From the NCBI GenBank assembly GCA_045643645.1, contig JAZULF010000027.1:8894-72893 (forward strand): a stretch of 64,000 nt of DNA, in the 5' to 3' direction. A program made the translations under genes and the position numbers. This stretch comes from Oscillospiraceae bacterium. Lineage in GTDB: Bacteria; Bacillota; Clostridia; Oscillospirales; Oscillospiraceae. Below, one piece after another: positions 8,656-18,650 of the stretch. The number at the start of each line of letters is the position of its first letter. Position 1 is the stretch's first letter. Below the pieces are notes generated by a model that had not been told where the DNA came from, did not search any database, and worked only from the letters and a program-made list of their open reading frames with translations.

Positions 8656-9048
8656 TTATTTATTCTCATTTATAATATTTTCAGCAACCTCTGCCATATA
8701 AGAAATCATATCCGTGCACTTGACCTTCTTGGCCTTAAGCTCGAGACATCTTACGCAGCCGAACTTTTCGCGGGCTTCGGATACGCTCTTGCTTGCGAGT
8801 GTTGCAACCTTTTTAGACTGCTTTTTGTCTTTAGGGTCTAACAGCGGGCAGGTAAGGCTGACAGCCATTACACAGCCGGATATTGCGCCGCAAATCTCAC
8901 CGCTTCTAAGTCCTCCGCCGAAGCCGCCGGCAATTGCAAGCGCGGTGTTTTCGTCCAAATTGGTGTACTCAGAAAGAGCAGAGAGTACAGACTGGGTACA
9001 ATTATAGCCCTTCTTGTGATATTCCAATGCTTTTTCTTTAACGCTCAA
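8656..9048 (-). CDS. C_GCAxxG_C_C family (putative redox-active) protein
   Basis: KGYNCTQSVL ... GEICGAISGCVMA ... CVRC ... KC cysteine pattern. Start set to TTG 9048 (GGAGGT 6 nt upstream), which also removes the overlap with recN. Confidence 0.72.
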   Translation of the reverse strand: MSVKEKALEYHKKGYNCTQSVLSALSEYTNLDENTALAIAGGFGGGLRSGEICGAISGCVMAVSLTCPLLDPKDKKQSKKVATLASKSVSEAREKFGCVRCLELKAKKVKCTDMISYMAEVAENIINENK

Positions 9049-9064
9049 AGTAGTACCTCCAGAA

Positions 9065-10750
9065 TTACGCTTTGCGTGAGTGTTTATATTTTTCAGCAGA
9101 TGCAAGCTGCTCAGCAGCGCTTGCAAGTGTCAGCTCGGAAATGTTATCACCGCCGTGCAGACGGGCAAGCTCCCGGCATCTGCCTTCATTATCGAGCTCA
9201 CAGACCTCGGTATATGTACGGCCGTTGCGCTCGTTTTTTACGATTAGATTGTGATTATCGGCAATTGCTGCAATCTGCGGCAGATGAGTTATGCACAGCA
9301 CCTGCTTACCGCGGGACAAATCGGACATTTTTTCACCGACGCGCTGTGCGGCAACACCGGAAACGCCCGTGTCGATTTCGTCAAAGACCATCGTTTCTAT
9401 CGGGTCATTCTTTGAAAAAACGGTCTTCATAGCAAGCATTATTCGGCTCAGCTCACCGCCCGAAGCAATCTTCGAGATGCGGCCGAGTGCTTCGCCTGCA
9501 TTTGCGGAAATCAAGAATTTGATTTCGTCTGCGCCGTTTGCATCAAAGCCTATGCTGTTATCAACAGGCTCAATTGAAACGGCAAATCTGACCGACGGCA
9601 TACTCAAGTCGCGCAGCTCGGATACAATTCGCTTTTCAAGTATTTCAGCCGCCGCCTTGCGCTTAGAAGTAAGTTCAGCACCTGCTTCTTTGCAGACTGC
9701 AATGTTCTTCTCAAGCTGTTTGTTGAGCTTTATCAGCATATCGCCCGCATATTCAAGCTCGGAAAGCTTTTTTCTGCACTCGTCAAGATGAGCAAGTATG
9801 CCCTCTTCATCGGCATTATACTTTCTGCGCAGCTTTTTAAGCAGGGATAGTCTTGATTCAATGTTATCGTATTCCTCGGGGGAAAACTCAAGGCTATCGC
9901 GAAAATCTCGAATTCGCTCAGATGCGTCATAAATAAGTGCTGAGGCGTTTTCAATGATATCTGCAGTTTCCTTAAGCTCATCTGTGATAAGGGCTGCACG
10001 GCTTATCAGCGCCGACGCCTCATCAGCAAGTGCACCTGCACTGGTATCGTTGCCGTATAAGGCTGCATATGCACTGTCAATAGCCTCAGTCAGCTTTTCG
10101 GAGTTTCTCAGAAGGTCGCGCTTTGCGGTAAGCTCATCCTCTTCCCCGACCTTTAGATTTGCCTTCTCAAGCTCATCAATCTGGTACTGCAGGCTATCGG
10201 CAAGGCGCTCCTTTTCAATTTCATCAATTGAAAGGCGCTCAATTTCACGCTTGCACGATTTATACTCTGCGTAAGCCGCCTTATAGCTATTCAGTACATC
10301 AGAATAATCGCCGAAGCTGTCGAGATATGAGCGGTGGTTGGCCTCGTCCATAAGCTGTCTGCCGTCATTCTGACCGTGAACATCCAAAAGCAGCGCGCCC
10401 AATTCTCTGAGCTGTGCAACCGACACGGGATTTCCGCATACACGGCAGCTGTTTTTGCCTTCGGCGCTGATTTTGCGCTGAATTATAATCTCGTCCTCAG
10501 GCTCAATATCGTTTTCCTCAAACCACTTATCGGCATTGACGGACTCAAATACTGCTGATACTACACCCTTATCAGCACCTGACCTAACAAGCTCACGGCT
10601 GGTTCTTGCGCCGAGTACGGCGCCGAGGGAATCGACGATGATTGATTTACCTGCACCGGTTTCACCGGTGAGAACGGTCATGCCCTTGCGGAATTCAATA
10701 TCTGCTTTTTCAATTACGGCAATATTTTCAATATGCAGTTCAGTAAGCAT
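9065..10750 (-). CDS. recN: DNA repair protein RecN
   Basis: 561 aa; MLTELHIENIAVIEKADIEF, Walker A GETGAGKS, long coiled coil, C-terminal SMC signature (ASGGELSR). Confidence 0.95.
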   Translation of the reverse strand: MLTELHIENIAVIEKADIEFRKGMTVLTGETGAGKSIIVDSLGAVLGARTSRELVRSGADKGVVSAVFESVNADKWFEENDIEPEDEIIIQRKISAEGKNSCRVCGNPVSVAQLRELGALLLDVHGQNDGRQLMDEANHRSYLDSFGDYSDVLNSYKAAYAEYKSCKREIERLSIDEIEKERLADSLQYQIDELEKANLKVGEEDELTAKRDLLRNSEKLTEAIDSAYAALYGNDTSAGALADEASALISRAALITDELKETADIIENASALIYDASERIRDFRDSLEFSPEEYDNIESRLSLLKKLRRKYNADEEGILAHLDECRKKLSELEYAGDMLIKLNKQLEKNIAVCKEAGAELTSKRKAAAEILEKRIVSELRDLSMPSVRFAVSIEPVDNSIGFDANGADEIKFLISANAGEALGRISKIASGGELSRIMLAMKTVFSKNDPIETMVFDEIDTGVSGVAAQRVGEKMSDLSRGKQVLCITHLPQIAAIADNHNLIVKNERNGRTYTEVCELDNEGRCRELARLHGGDNISELTLASAAEQLASAEKYKHSRKA

Positions 10751-10764
10751 TATCGAACCTCATC

Positions 10765-11214
10765 TTACATCATGTCATCGATTTCCTTGCAGAAATCCTC
10801 TGCAGATTTTTTGTCTGTCATTGCGAGGAATGCGGTATCGTCACCTGCAATTGTGCCCGCAAGGCTCTCAATATGCATTGAGTCAAGTGTTGCGCAAGCG
10901 GCATTTGCAAGTCCGGGCAGAGTCTTGATAACGATAAGATTCTGTGCAACGGTGTAGGAGGTTACGCTTTCCTTGAATATCTTGCGAAGGCGCTGCTCAT
11001 AATCGTTGTTCTTGGACTTACCGCTTACGGAATAATGGTACTTTCCGTTTTTACCAAGCTCTTTGACAAGCTGAAGGTCCTTGATATCTCTGGACAGAGT
11101 TGCCTGGGTACTGACAACACCGCGCTCGGCAAGTGCGTCAATAAGCTGTGCCTGGGTTTCGATATCCTGCTCGGTGATAATCTGCAGAATTACATTTTGT
11201 CTGGCGTTCTTCAT
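10765..11214 (-). CDS. argR: Arginine repressor ArgR/AhrC
   Basis: 149 aa; winged-helix N-terminus (QAQLIDALAERGVVSTQATLSRDIKDL) and C-terminal GTIAGDDT arginine-binding motif. Confidence 0.9.
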   Translation of the reverse strand: MKNARQNVILQIITEQDIETQAQLIDALAERGVVSTQATLSRDIKDLQLVKELGKNGKYHYSVSGKSKNNDYEQRLRKIFKESVTSYTVAQNLIVIKTLPGLANAACATLDSMHIESLAGTIAGDDTAFLAMTDKKSAEDFCKEIDDMM

Positions 11215-11223
11215 ATTGGCCCC

Positions 11224-12090
11224 CTAGTGATTTTTATAAAGGAGTTTGTCAAAAGTGGAATCATAGAAGCTGCAAAGCCCCATATGAATAAGATTTGCTT
11301 TTTTATTTGACTGACGGACAATTACAATGTCATCATTTACAAGGTCAATTCCCTCTGTACCGTCGACGGAAACATAGGCACGGCGGTCGTGGATTTTCTC
11401 TGCCTTGATTGTAACTGTTCGTTCGGGTCCGAGAACAAAGGTCTTTGCACCCATTACATGTGCGCAAATCGGGGATACAATAAGGTTTTTAGCTTCAGGC
11501 TCAACAATCGGCCCGCCTGCGGACATTGAGTAACCCGTTGAGCCTGTAGGTGTGGATACAATTATGCCGTCACCCGAGAAGCTAACAATTCTGTCACCAT
11601 CGCACAGCGCAGTAAGCTTGATGCAATCTCCCATACCGTGAATGACGAGGTCATTAAGACCGCAATCCTTGTAGATAACCTCACCGTTGCGTACAAGCTC
11701 AACATCAATCATCATGCGGTAGCTTGATACATATCTGCCCTCTGCAGCCTCAATTATGAGGTCAAGGTTTTCGGGTTCAAGAGGCGCCATAAAGCCCTTT
11801 GTACCGAGGTTTATTCCAAGCATGGGAATGTTCTTGTGATTCAGGTATCTGGCAGTGTGAAGCATGGTGCCGTCACCGCCGATAACTATATAAAGCTTTG
11901 CGTCATCTGAAATATCCGACCATGCGGTAATCTCAACATTCTCGGGAATTGCTTCCTTATCATCTGCGCCGAAAACAGGGCAGATTTTTACATCAAAGCC
12001 GTGCTCAAGAAGAAGCTTCCTTGCCTTGAGTGTCAGTTCAAGACCCGTATCTCTGAAGGGATTCGGGCATAAAACAATCAGTCTTGCCAT
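11224..12090 (-). CDS. nadK: NAD+ kinase
   Basis: 288 aa; GGDGTML motif and a TGSTGYS-type motif; AAGGAG RBS. Confidence 0.9.
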   Translation of the reverse strand: MARLIVLCPNPFRDTGLELTLKARKLLLEHGFDVKICPVFGADDKEAIPENVEITAWSDISDDAKLYIVIGGDGTMLHTARYLNHKNIPMLGINLGTKGFMAPLEPENLDLIIEAAEGRYVSSYRMMIDVELVRNGEVIYKDCGLNDLVIHGMGDCIKLTALCDGDRIVSFSGDGIIVSTPTGSTGYSMSAGGPIVEPEAKNLIVSPICAHVMGAKTFVLGPERTVTIKAEKIHDRRAYVSVDGTEGIDLVNDDIVIVRQSNKKANLIHMGLCSFYDSTFDKLLYKNH

Positions 12091-12099
12091 TTTTACTCC

Positions 12100-12894
12100 T
12101 TAAAGGCATGCATGAGATGCCTCAACCACTGCCTTCGCATCAATTTCAGCGGCGGTATGCTCACCTTTTTTCATATAACACAAATACTCTCTGTTGCCCT
12201 CAGGTCCTTTGATAGGTGAGAAATCAAGACCCATAACCGTCATATTTACGGTAGGTGCAAAGCTGAGAATGCTTTCTATAACGGAAAGATGCACCGATTT
12301 GTCGCGTACAACGCCCTTTTTGCCGACCTCTTCCCTGCCTGCTTCAAACTGCGGCTTAATAAGGCAAACAAGCTCAGCATCGTCCTTAAGCAGAGCACAA
12401 ACTGCGGGCAGAACAAGCTTAATGGAAATGAAGGACAAATCCATAACCGCAATATCAATAGGCTCAGGAATCTGCTCTGCGCTTATATAGCGGATATTTG
12501 TGCGCTCCATATTTACAACGCGCTCGTCATTTCGCAGGCTCCACGCAAGCTGACCATAGCCTACATCAACGGAATAAACCTTTTCGGCGCCGTTCTGAAG
12601 CAAAACATCGGTAAAGCCTCCGGTTGATGCACCGCAGTCAATGCAGGTTTTTCCTTCTACATCAATGGGAAATACCTTGAGTGCTTTTTCGAGCTTAAAG
12701 CCGCCTCTGCTTACATACGGCAGTGCAGCGCCCTTTACTTCAACATTGACATCGGGCAGCACCTGCATACCGGGCTTGTCTGCGCGCTGACCGTTTACAA
12801 ATACAAGTCCGCTCATTATTGTGGTTTTTGCTCTTTCTCTGCTTTCTGCAAGTCCGAGGTCAAAAACCAGCTGATCCAATCGAATCTTTTTCAC
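12100..12894 (-). CDS. tlyA: TlyA-family 16S/23S rRNA (cytidine-2'-O)-methyltransferase
   Basis: N-terminal S4 domain (RLDQLVFDLGLAESRERAKTTI) plus FtsJ-type SAM motif DCGASTGGFTD. GTG start in a GTGA overlap with the dxs stop. Confidence 0.9.
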   Translation of the reverse strand: MKKIRLDQLVFDLGLAESRERAKTTIMSGLVFVNGQRADKPGMQVLPDVNVEVKGAALPYVSRGGFKLEKALKVFPIDVEGKTCIDCGASTGGFTDVLLQNGAEKVYSVDVGYGQLAWSLRNDERVVNMERTNIRYISAEQIPEPIDIAVMDLSFISIKLVLPAVCALLKDDAELVCLIKPQFEAGREEVGKKGVVRDKSVHLSVIESILSFAPTVNMTVMGLDFSPIKGPEGNREYLCYMKKGEHTAAEIDAKAVVEASHACL

Positions 12895-14735
12895 TTTACA
12901 CCTCTTACAAGGTTAATTGCTTTTTCGTAAAGACTATCCACATCGAGCGCACAGTCCTTCATTAATTCACTTACGCTGCCGTGCGGCACAATTCCGTCAC
13001 CGAGATTGCATATCTCGGCACCGAAAAGCTTAATGCCTGCAGCTTCGGCAGCTGCTAAAACCATATTACCTACGCATCCAGAACTGCAGACATCCTCTGC
13101 AAACAGGAGCTTATGCGTATTATTGAGGGATTCGAGGATTTTATCCGTTTCAAGCGGCATAATCCTTGAAATCTTGATTACCTCTGCTGAAACGCCATCT
13201 GCTGAGAGCTTTTCGGCAAGCGCGGTCATAAGGTTGATATTTGTGCCGTATGCAGCGAGCGTAATATCTGTTCCTCTTGCGAGAAGCTCTGTATTTTCAG
13301 TGCTTACGGCTTTGAACTCACCCTCGCCGCCTCTCGGATATCTGATTGCAACGGGACCATCCATTTCGTTAACGGCATAATTGAGCATATATTCAAGCTC
13401 GGCAAAGCTTGCAGGACATAGTATCTGCATATTAGGCACCGAGCTTAAATAGCTGACATCAAAGGTACCGTGGTGGGTTTCACCGTCGCTGCCGACAAGG
13501 CCTGCTCTGTCGACACAGAACACTACATGGAGATTAAGCAGAGATACATCGTGTATGAGCATATCGTAGGCTCTCTGCAGGAAGCTTGAATAGACTGCAA
13601 CAACAGGTACAAGTCCCTGCTTCGCCATTCCTGCTGCCATTGATACTGCATGCTGCTCAGCAATTCCTACATCGAAAAAGCGCTCGGGATACTTCTCGGC
13701 AAAGCCCGAAAGTCCCGTGCCCGAGGTCATTGCCGCCGTAATGGCAACAACATCATTGTTTTTATCGGCAATCTCGCAGAGCTTGTTACCGAATACGGAC
13801 GAGAAGCTCGCTTTTGACGGACCGAGGTCACCTGTTTCGGGATTGAACGGACCAACACCGTGATATTTATCGGGATGCTCCTCGGCATATTTGCAGCCCT
13901 TGCCCTTTGTGCTTAACACATGGACAAGAACAGGCGTCTTCATATCTTTTGCCCAACGGATAACGGTTTCGAGCTGCTCAACATCGTGTCCGTCAACCGG
14001 ACCGAGATAATAGATACCCATTGAGTCAAACATATTGACTGGCAGAATTGATTTTTTCAGATACTCCTTAAACTTATGACTTGCGGCATAAACCGGAGTA
14101 ATAGTGCCGACAGTGCGGCGATACCAGCGCTTGAAGTTAATATAGCCCGGTTTGACTCTTTCTCTTGAAAGAAGCTTTGCCATACCACCTACATTGCCGT
14201 TAATGGACATTCCGTTGTCGTTGAGGATAATGACCATAGGCTCATCGCAGCCGCCGACATTTGCAAGACCCTCGTATGCAAGTCCGCCCGTAAGAGCACC
14301 GTCACCGATTACAGCTACGACATCGTAGTCTTCGTTTTTGATTGTTCTTGCTCTTGCCATACCAAGCGCAAGGGAAACTGAATCGGAAGCGTGACCTGCA
14401 ATAAAAGCATCGTCATCGGCCTCATAGGGCTTAGGAAAGCCTGAGATACCTCCGTGGCAACGCAGAGTACTAAAGCTGTCTCTTCGTCCGGTAATTATCT
14501 TATGAGCATAGCTCTGATGACCTACATCAAAGACGATTCTGTCTTTTTTACTGTCATATACTCTGTGCAAAGCAACGGTAAGCTCAATTGAGCCGAGGTT
14601 GGAAGCCAAATGGCCGCCTGTCTTGGAAACACTGTCTATAATAAACTGTCTTAGTTCCGCACAAAGTGTATTTAATTCATCAGGTTTTAGCTGTTTAATA
14701 TCGTTTGAGGAATTGACCTTATTCAGAATATTCAA
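12891..14735 (-). CDS. dxs: 1-deoxy-D-xylulose-5-phosphate synthase
   Basis: 614 aa; GGHLASNLG and GDGALTGG (ThDP motif). TTG start with AGGGG upstream. Confidence 0.95.
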   Translation of the reverse strand: MNILNKVNSSNDIKQLKPDELNTLCAELRQFIIDSVSKTGGHLASNLGSIELTVALHRVYDSKKDRIVFDVGHQSYAHKIITGRRDSFSTLRCHGGISGFPKPYEADDDAFIAGHASDSVSLALGMARARTIKNEDYDVVAVIGDGALTGGLAYEGLANVGGCDEPMVIILNDNGMSINGNVGGMAKLLSRERVKPGYINFKRWYRRTVGTITPVYAASHKFKEYLKKSILPVNMFDSMGIYYLGPVDGHDVEQLETVIRWAKDMKTPVLVHVLSTKGKGCKYAEEHPDKYHGVGPFNPETGDLGPSKASFSSVFGNKLCEIADKNNDVVAITAAMTSGTGLSGFAEKYPERFFDVGIAEQHAVSMAAGMAKQGLVPVVAVYSSFLQRAYDMLIHDVSLLNLHVVFCVDRAGLVGSDGETHHGTFDVSYLSSVPNMQILCPASFAELEYMLNYAVNEMDGPVAIRYPRGGEGEFKAVSTENTELLARGTDITLAAYGTNINLMTALAEKLSADGVSAEVIKISRIMPLETDKILESLNNTHKLLFAEDVCSSGCVGNMVLAAAEAAGIKLFGAEICNLGDGIVPHGSVSELMKDCALDVDSLYEKAINLVRGVK

Positions 14736-14792
14736 AACAATACCCCTGAACTTATCTGTTTATTCGCATAATATGCTACTTTATATAATAAC

Positions 14793-14833
14793 AAACCGTG
14801 CCGAATATTACAATAGATATTCGACACGGTTTT
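14793..14833 (-). terminator. Hairpin/terminator between ispA and dxs
   Basis: Minus strand: CCGTGTCGAATAT-loop-ATATTCGGCACGG (13-bp arms, one G-U) followed by TTTGTTATT. Confidence 0.5.
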
Positions 14834-14847
14834 AAGAATATTCAAAT

Positions 14848-15714
14848 TTAATTCAGTCTTGTGACCATTGAATCTGCGAGTCCACACAGAAATTCGGTAT
14901 CGGAAAATGCTGAATTCAGCTCGTTCTTTGCATGCTGTGTGAGCTTTTCAATCATACTCATGCACTTTTCTGCGCCGCAAAGCACCATGTAGGTGTTCTT
15001 GTTTTCCTGCGCATCCGAACCTACGGGCTTGCCGAGAATTTCGTTGGTGCTGATTACATCAAGCATATCGTCTCTTATCTGGAATGCAGCTCCTATTGAA
15101 GCGCCGAACTGAGTTGCAGCCTCCATCATTTTCTCGTCTCCGCCGGCAGCGGCAACGCCCATTTTGCAGGCAGCAATGAGAAGTGCGCCGGTTTTTCTTG
15201 TGTTAATCTCGTCAAGCTCTGCCTCGGTAAGAGTCTTGTTCTCACCTATCATATCAAGATACTGACCGCCGCACATACCGTCGGCACCCACTGCATCAGC
15301 AAGTATCTCAGCGCAGTTTGCTCTTGCCTCTGCAGGAAGCTCACTTCTGAGAATTGTGCCGAATGCTTCTGCCTGAAGCGCATCACCTGCAAGCACTGCG
15401 GTGCATTCACCGAATACCACATGGTTAGTCGGCTTGCCGCGGCGCAAATCATCGTCATCCATGCAGGGCAGGTCGTCATGAATAAGGCTGTATGTGTGCA
15501 GCATTTCAATTGCGCAGGCAACGGGCATTGCTTTTTCTATATCGCCGCCCGAAATTCTGCAAAACTCAAGCACTAATATGGGTCTTATGCGCTTGCCGCC
15601 CGCAGTGAGGCTGTAATTCATAGACTCAAACAGACCATCCTGCGGCATTCCCTTTTTGCTGAAATACTCAGCAAGTCTTGCATCTACTATTTCCTTGTAT
15701 TCTTTTGCGGTCAT
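14848..15714 (-). CDS. ispA: Farnesyl/geranylgeranyl diphosphate synthase (polyprenyl synthetase)
   Basis: FARM LIHDDLPCMDDDDLRRG and SARM FQIRDDMLD. Start set to ATG 15714 (MTAKEYKEIV), one base after the xseB TGA. Confidence 0.9.
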   Translation of the reverse strand: MTAKEYKEIVDARLAEYFSKKGMPQDGLFESMNYSLTAGGKRIRPILVLEFCRISGGDIEKAMPVACAIEMLHTYSLIHDDLPCMDDDDLRRGKPTNHVVFGECTAVLAGDALQAEAFGTILRSELPAEARANCAEILADAVGADGMCGGQYLDMIGENKTLTEAELDEINTRKTGALLIAACKMGVAAAGGDEKMMEAATQFGASIGAAFQIRDDMLDVISTNEILGKPVGSDAQENKNTYMVLCGAEKCMSMIEKLTQHAKNELNSAFSDTEFLCGLADSMVTRLN

Positions 15715-15715
15715 A

Positions 15716-15934
15716 TCAATCGACATCCTCAAACGGCAGCTCGATAGGCTCACCGTTTGGTCCTTTCTTGAGCTTTATGACCATCTGCTCAGCCTCGTTA
15801 AGCATTGCATCGCAATTGGAAATAAGACTTGTTCCCTCTTCAAAAAGCTTGAGGGAATCGCTCAGGGGTGCATCGCCCTTTTCAAGAAGGCGTACTATCT
15901 CGTCAAGTCTGCTGATTGACTGTTCAAAACTCAT
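15716..15934 (-). CDS. xseB: Exodeoxyribonuclease VII small subunit
   Basis: MSFEQSISRLDEIVRLLEKGDAPLSDSLKLFEEG is the XseB signature. ATG 15934 preferred; the TTG at 15949 (ORF track) is an alternative start. Confidence 0.85.
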   Translation of the reverse strand: MSFEQSISRLDEIVRLLEKGDAPLSDSLKLFEEGTSLISNCDAMLNEAEQMVIKLKKGPNGEPIELPFEDVD

Positions 15935-15941
15935 TATATTT

Positions 15942-17156
15942 TCACTCAAAACTTATTGCCTCACTTTCTTCAACGCGGCATTTGATTACGCCGTCGCTCA
16001 CGCAAAGCCTGAGCTTATCGTCGGTGTGTACATCGTTAATGCTTCTTACAAGCTCGCCCTTCTTATCGGCGGCTATGGCATATCCCCTGCCTAAAACCTT
16101 GAGTGGACTCATAGCATCAAGCGCAGCTGCAAGTCGTACAAATTGCTGCCTTTTTGCTGAATTTGCTCGGTCAGCGGATGCGATGAATTTATCTCTTACA
16201 TAATCAAGCACTGCTCGCTTGCTGTCAACATATGCCATAGGACTTTGCAGCACTCTTCGGCTCTTTATATCGTCAAGCTTGCTTGACAGCCTTGACAGCT
16301 TCTTACGAATTGCCTGGGATTCGCGAATGCTGAGATTCTCAAGCAGCTCACGCATCTCCGCAACATCGGGAACTGCAAGCTCGGCTGCGTTTGAAGGCGT
16401 TGATGCTCTCACATCGGCTACAAAGTCGGATATTGTTACATCGGGCTCGTGACCTACTGCCGATATAACGGGAAGCTCCGATTCATAGATCGCTCTCGCT
16501 ACGCGCTCGTCGTTAAAGGCCCACAAATCCTCAATTGAGCCACCGCCTCTGCCCGTTATAATCAAGTCGGCAACCTTGTGAGCATTTGCATATCTTATTG
16601 CACCGACTATTTCTGGCGGCGCTTCAACGCCCTGAACGCGCACAGGTAAAAGCACTACCTTTGTCATGGGCCAGCGCTTGCCGAGAATTCTGATCATATC
16701 GTGTACCGCAGCACCTGCGGAGGATGTTATGATTGCAATCTTATCGGGAAACTGCGGCAGCTTTTTCTTGTGTGCAGGGTCAAATAAGCCCTCGGCGGCA
16801 AGCTTTGCTTTAAGCTGCTCATACGCAATCTGCAAATCGCCCGTACCCTCGGGAATCAGGTCTGTGCAATATAGCTGATACGCACCGTCACGGGGAAATA
16901 CCGAAATACGACCAAAAGCAGTTACACCCATACCGCTTTCCGGTCGAAAGCGCAGCTTTGATGCACTGCTTTTGAACATAACACATCTTAAGCTGCTTTC
17001 GGCATCCTTAAGAGTAAAGTAATGATGTCCTGACGGGTAAACCTTGTAATTTGAAAGCTCACCGCGTACGCATACCTTACTCAGCATGGGCTCGCAGTCA
17101 ATCAGTGTCTTTATTATGTTATTAAGCTCCGAAACAGTCAGAGTTCTGTCGTTCAT
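15942..17156 (-). CDS. xseA: Exodeoxyribonuclease VII large subunit
   Basis: 404 aa; N-terminal OB fold (VRGELSNYKVYPSGHHYFTLKD) and catalytic core. TAATG overlap with nusB. Confidence 0.93.
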   Translation of the reverse strand: MNDRTLTVSELNNIIKTLIDCEPMLSKVCVRGELSNYKVYPSGHHYFTLKDAESSLRCVMFKSSASKLRFRPESGMGVTAFGRISVFPRDGAYQLYCTDLIPEGTGDLQIAYEQLKAKLAAEGLFDPAHKKKLPQFPDKIAIITSSAGAAVHDMIRILGKRWPMTKVVLLPVRVQGVEAPPEIVGAIRYANAHKVADLIITGRGGGSIEDLWAFNDERVARAIYESELPVISAVGHEPDVTISDFVADVRASTPSNAAELAVPDVAEMRELLENLSIRESQAIRKKLSRLSSKLDDIKSRRVLQSPMAYVDSKRAVLDYVRDKFIASADRANSAKRQQFVRLAAALDAMSPLKVLGRGYAIAADKKGELVRSINDVHTDDKLRLCVSDGVIKCRVEESEAISFE

Positions 17157-17632
17157 TATTCTATCTCCGTCTCGACAGCGGCTTCCTTGTCAAATTCGCC
17201 TCTCATAAATCCGCCGAGTACGCCGTTAATGAAGGATACGACCTCGGGCTCATCATAGCCCTTTGCAAGCTCAACAGCCTCGTTAATGGCAGTTGCATTG
17301 GGGATGTCGTCCATATACAGCACCTCGCAGATTGCGCAGCGCATAACAGCCATAGCGGTCTTGGAAATGCGGCTTACCTTCCAGCCCTGAGCATATTTTT
17401 CAATATACTTGTCAATCTGAATCCGGTAATCCTCCATCAGACTTGCAAGGCGAACGATGTAATCCATCTGCTTTTTCTCAGGGTACTCAGCAAAAAGCTC
17501 GTCTGCCTCAGCCAGAGTGGCATAGTATTCTTTATCAAAAAACTCGTCAACAATATCAGCAACGGGTTTTTCGGTTGCTGATGCATAGAAGCCGAGCTGT
17601 ACTGCTATCTCTCTTGCAGTAGTTCTCTTCAT
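17156..17632 (-). CDS. nusB: Transcription antitermination factor NusB
   Basis: 158 aa NusB-like helical protein (REIAVQLGF..., AINEAVELAK) in the conserved position upstream of xseA. Confidence 0.9.
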   Translation of the reverse strand: MKRTTAREIAVQLGFYASATEKPVADIVDEFFDKEYYATLAEADELFAEYPEKKQMDYIVRLASLMEDYRIQIDKYIEKYAQGWKVSRISKTAMAVMRCAICEVLYMDDIPNATAINEAVELAKGYDEPEVVSFINGVLGGFMRGEFDKEAAVETEIE

Positions 17633-17650
17633 ACAGATTTCCTCTCAGTC

Positions 17651-18013
17651 TTACTTTTCAAATGCAACGCCGGAGACATGGACATTTACCTCAGCCTTGT
17701 CAATGCCGGTAATTGCCTGCACAGCCTCGGTAACAGAGTTCTGTACATCGCGAGCAACGCTTACGATATTGCAGCCGTAGCGAACGAGAATGATAGCATC
17801 AACCTTGATGGTATCGTCAACTATCTGAACCTTAAGACCCTTGGAAATGGTCTTGAAGCCGATAAGCTCGGCAAGCTCAGAGCCTGCAGCGTTGGAGATA
17901 CCGGCAACGCCGTCAATCTCGGTGATTGCGGTACGAACCATTGTGGATATTACTTCCTCGGAAATATTAATGCTGCCGTTTTCATCCTTGCAGCTGATGT
18001 AGTTTTCGCTCAT
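17651..18013 (-). CDS. Asp23/Gls24 family alkaline-shock protein
   Basis: 120 aa; ISEEVISTMVRTAITEIDGVAG ... VNVHVSGV. GGAGG RBS. Confidence 0.88.
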   Translation of the reverse strand: MSENYISCKDENGSINISEEVISTMVRTAITEIDGVAGISNAAGSELAELIGFKTISKGLKVQIVDDTIKVDAIILVRYGCNIVSVARDVQNSVTEAVQAITGIDKAEVNVHVSGVAFEK

Positions 18014-18072
18014 TTTTCTGCCTCCATAATGATTTCATAACATTGTACCACAATACAGTGCAAAAATAAAGC

Positions 18073-18098
18073 ATAAAAAGACGGGAAAACCCGTCTTT
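18073..18098 (-). terminator. Rho-independent terminator of the spoIIIA operon
   Basis: AGACGGG-TTTT-CCCGTCT followed by TTTTT, immediately after the spoIIIAH TAA. Confidence 0.65.
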
Positions 18099-18641
18099 TT
18101 ATGCTGAAATTTCTATAATGTTCAGTTGAGCTGCCGTGTAATCGGTTTCTGCGGTAACTGTTTCGGTTATTCTTGCAACTGCTGCTTCACTCAAGCCATC
18201 AACCGGAGCAGGTACGGCAACAGTGATTTTATCATCGCTCATATATACGACGCAATCGGTAAAGTCCTTTGCTATAAGCTTATTTTCAAGCTGTGTTTCA
18301 CTCATTGAGTAGTTCGCCATTGTTGAAATTGATTGCATTGCCGAATCAATGGTTTCCTTTGAGGCATCTTCGTTTTTCACCGCATCCTCAAGCAGCTTCA
18401 TTGCTTCCTCGCGCGATACCTGACGGTTTAGTCTTGCCTCAGCAAAGTAGCCTGATGAGCTTCCTGCGCTGTTTGCAGCTTCATATGCCTCGTTTGCTTC
18501 TTTCATCGCGGCATCCTCCGCCTTTACCATAGCGGTATCTGCCTCACCCCATTTATTGTTATATGACCAGTTAAGATATACCGCTGCGCATACAAGCAGC
18601 AGCACAGACACTATTGTAACATTCCTCTTGATGTTTTTCAT
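18099..18641 (-). CDS. spoIIIAH: Stage III sporulation protein AH
   Basis: 180 aa, N-terminal TM, YFAEARLNRQVSREEA... and C-terminal YscJ/FliF-like domain (FTDCVVYMSDDKITVAV). Last gene of the spoIIIA cluster. Confidence 0.8.
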   Translation of the reverse strand: MKNIKRNVTIVSVLLLVCAAVYLNWSYNNKWGEADTAMVKAEDAAMKEANEAYEAANSAGSSSGYFAEARLNRQVSREEAMKLLEDAVKNEDASKETIDSAMQSISTMANYSMSETQLENKLIAKDFTDCVVYMSDDKITVAVPAPVDGLSEAAVARITETVTAETDYTAAQLNIIEISA

Positions 18642-18650
18642 TTTGCCCTC

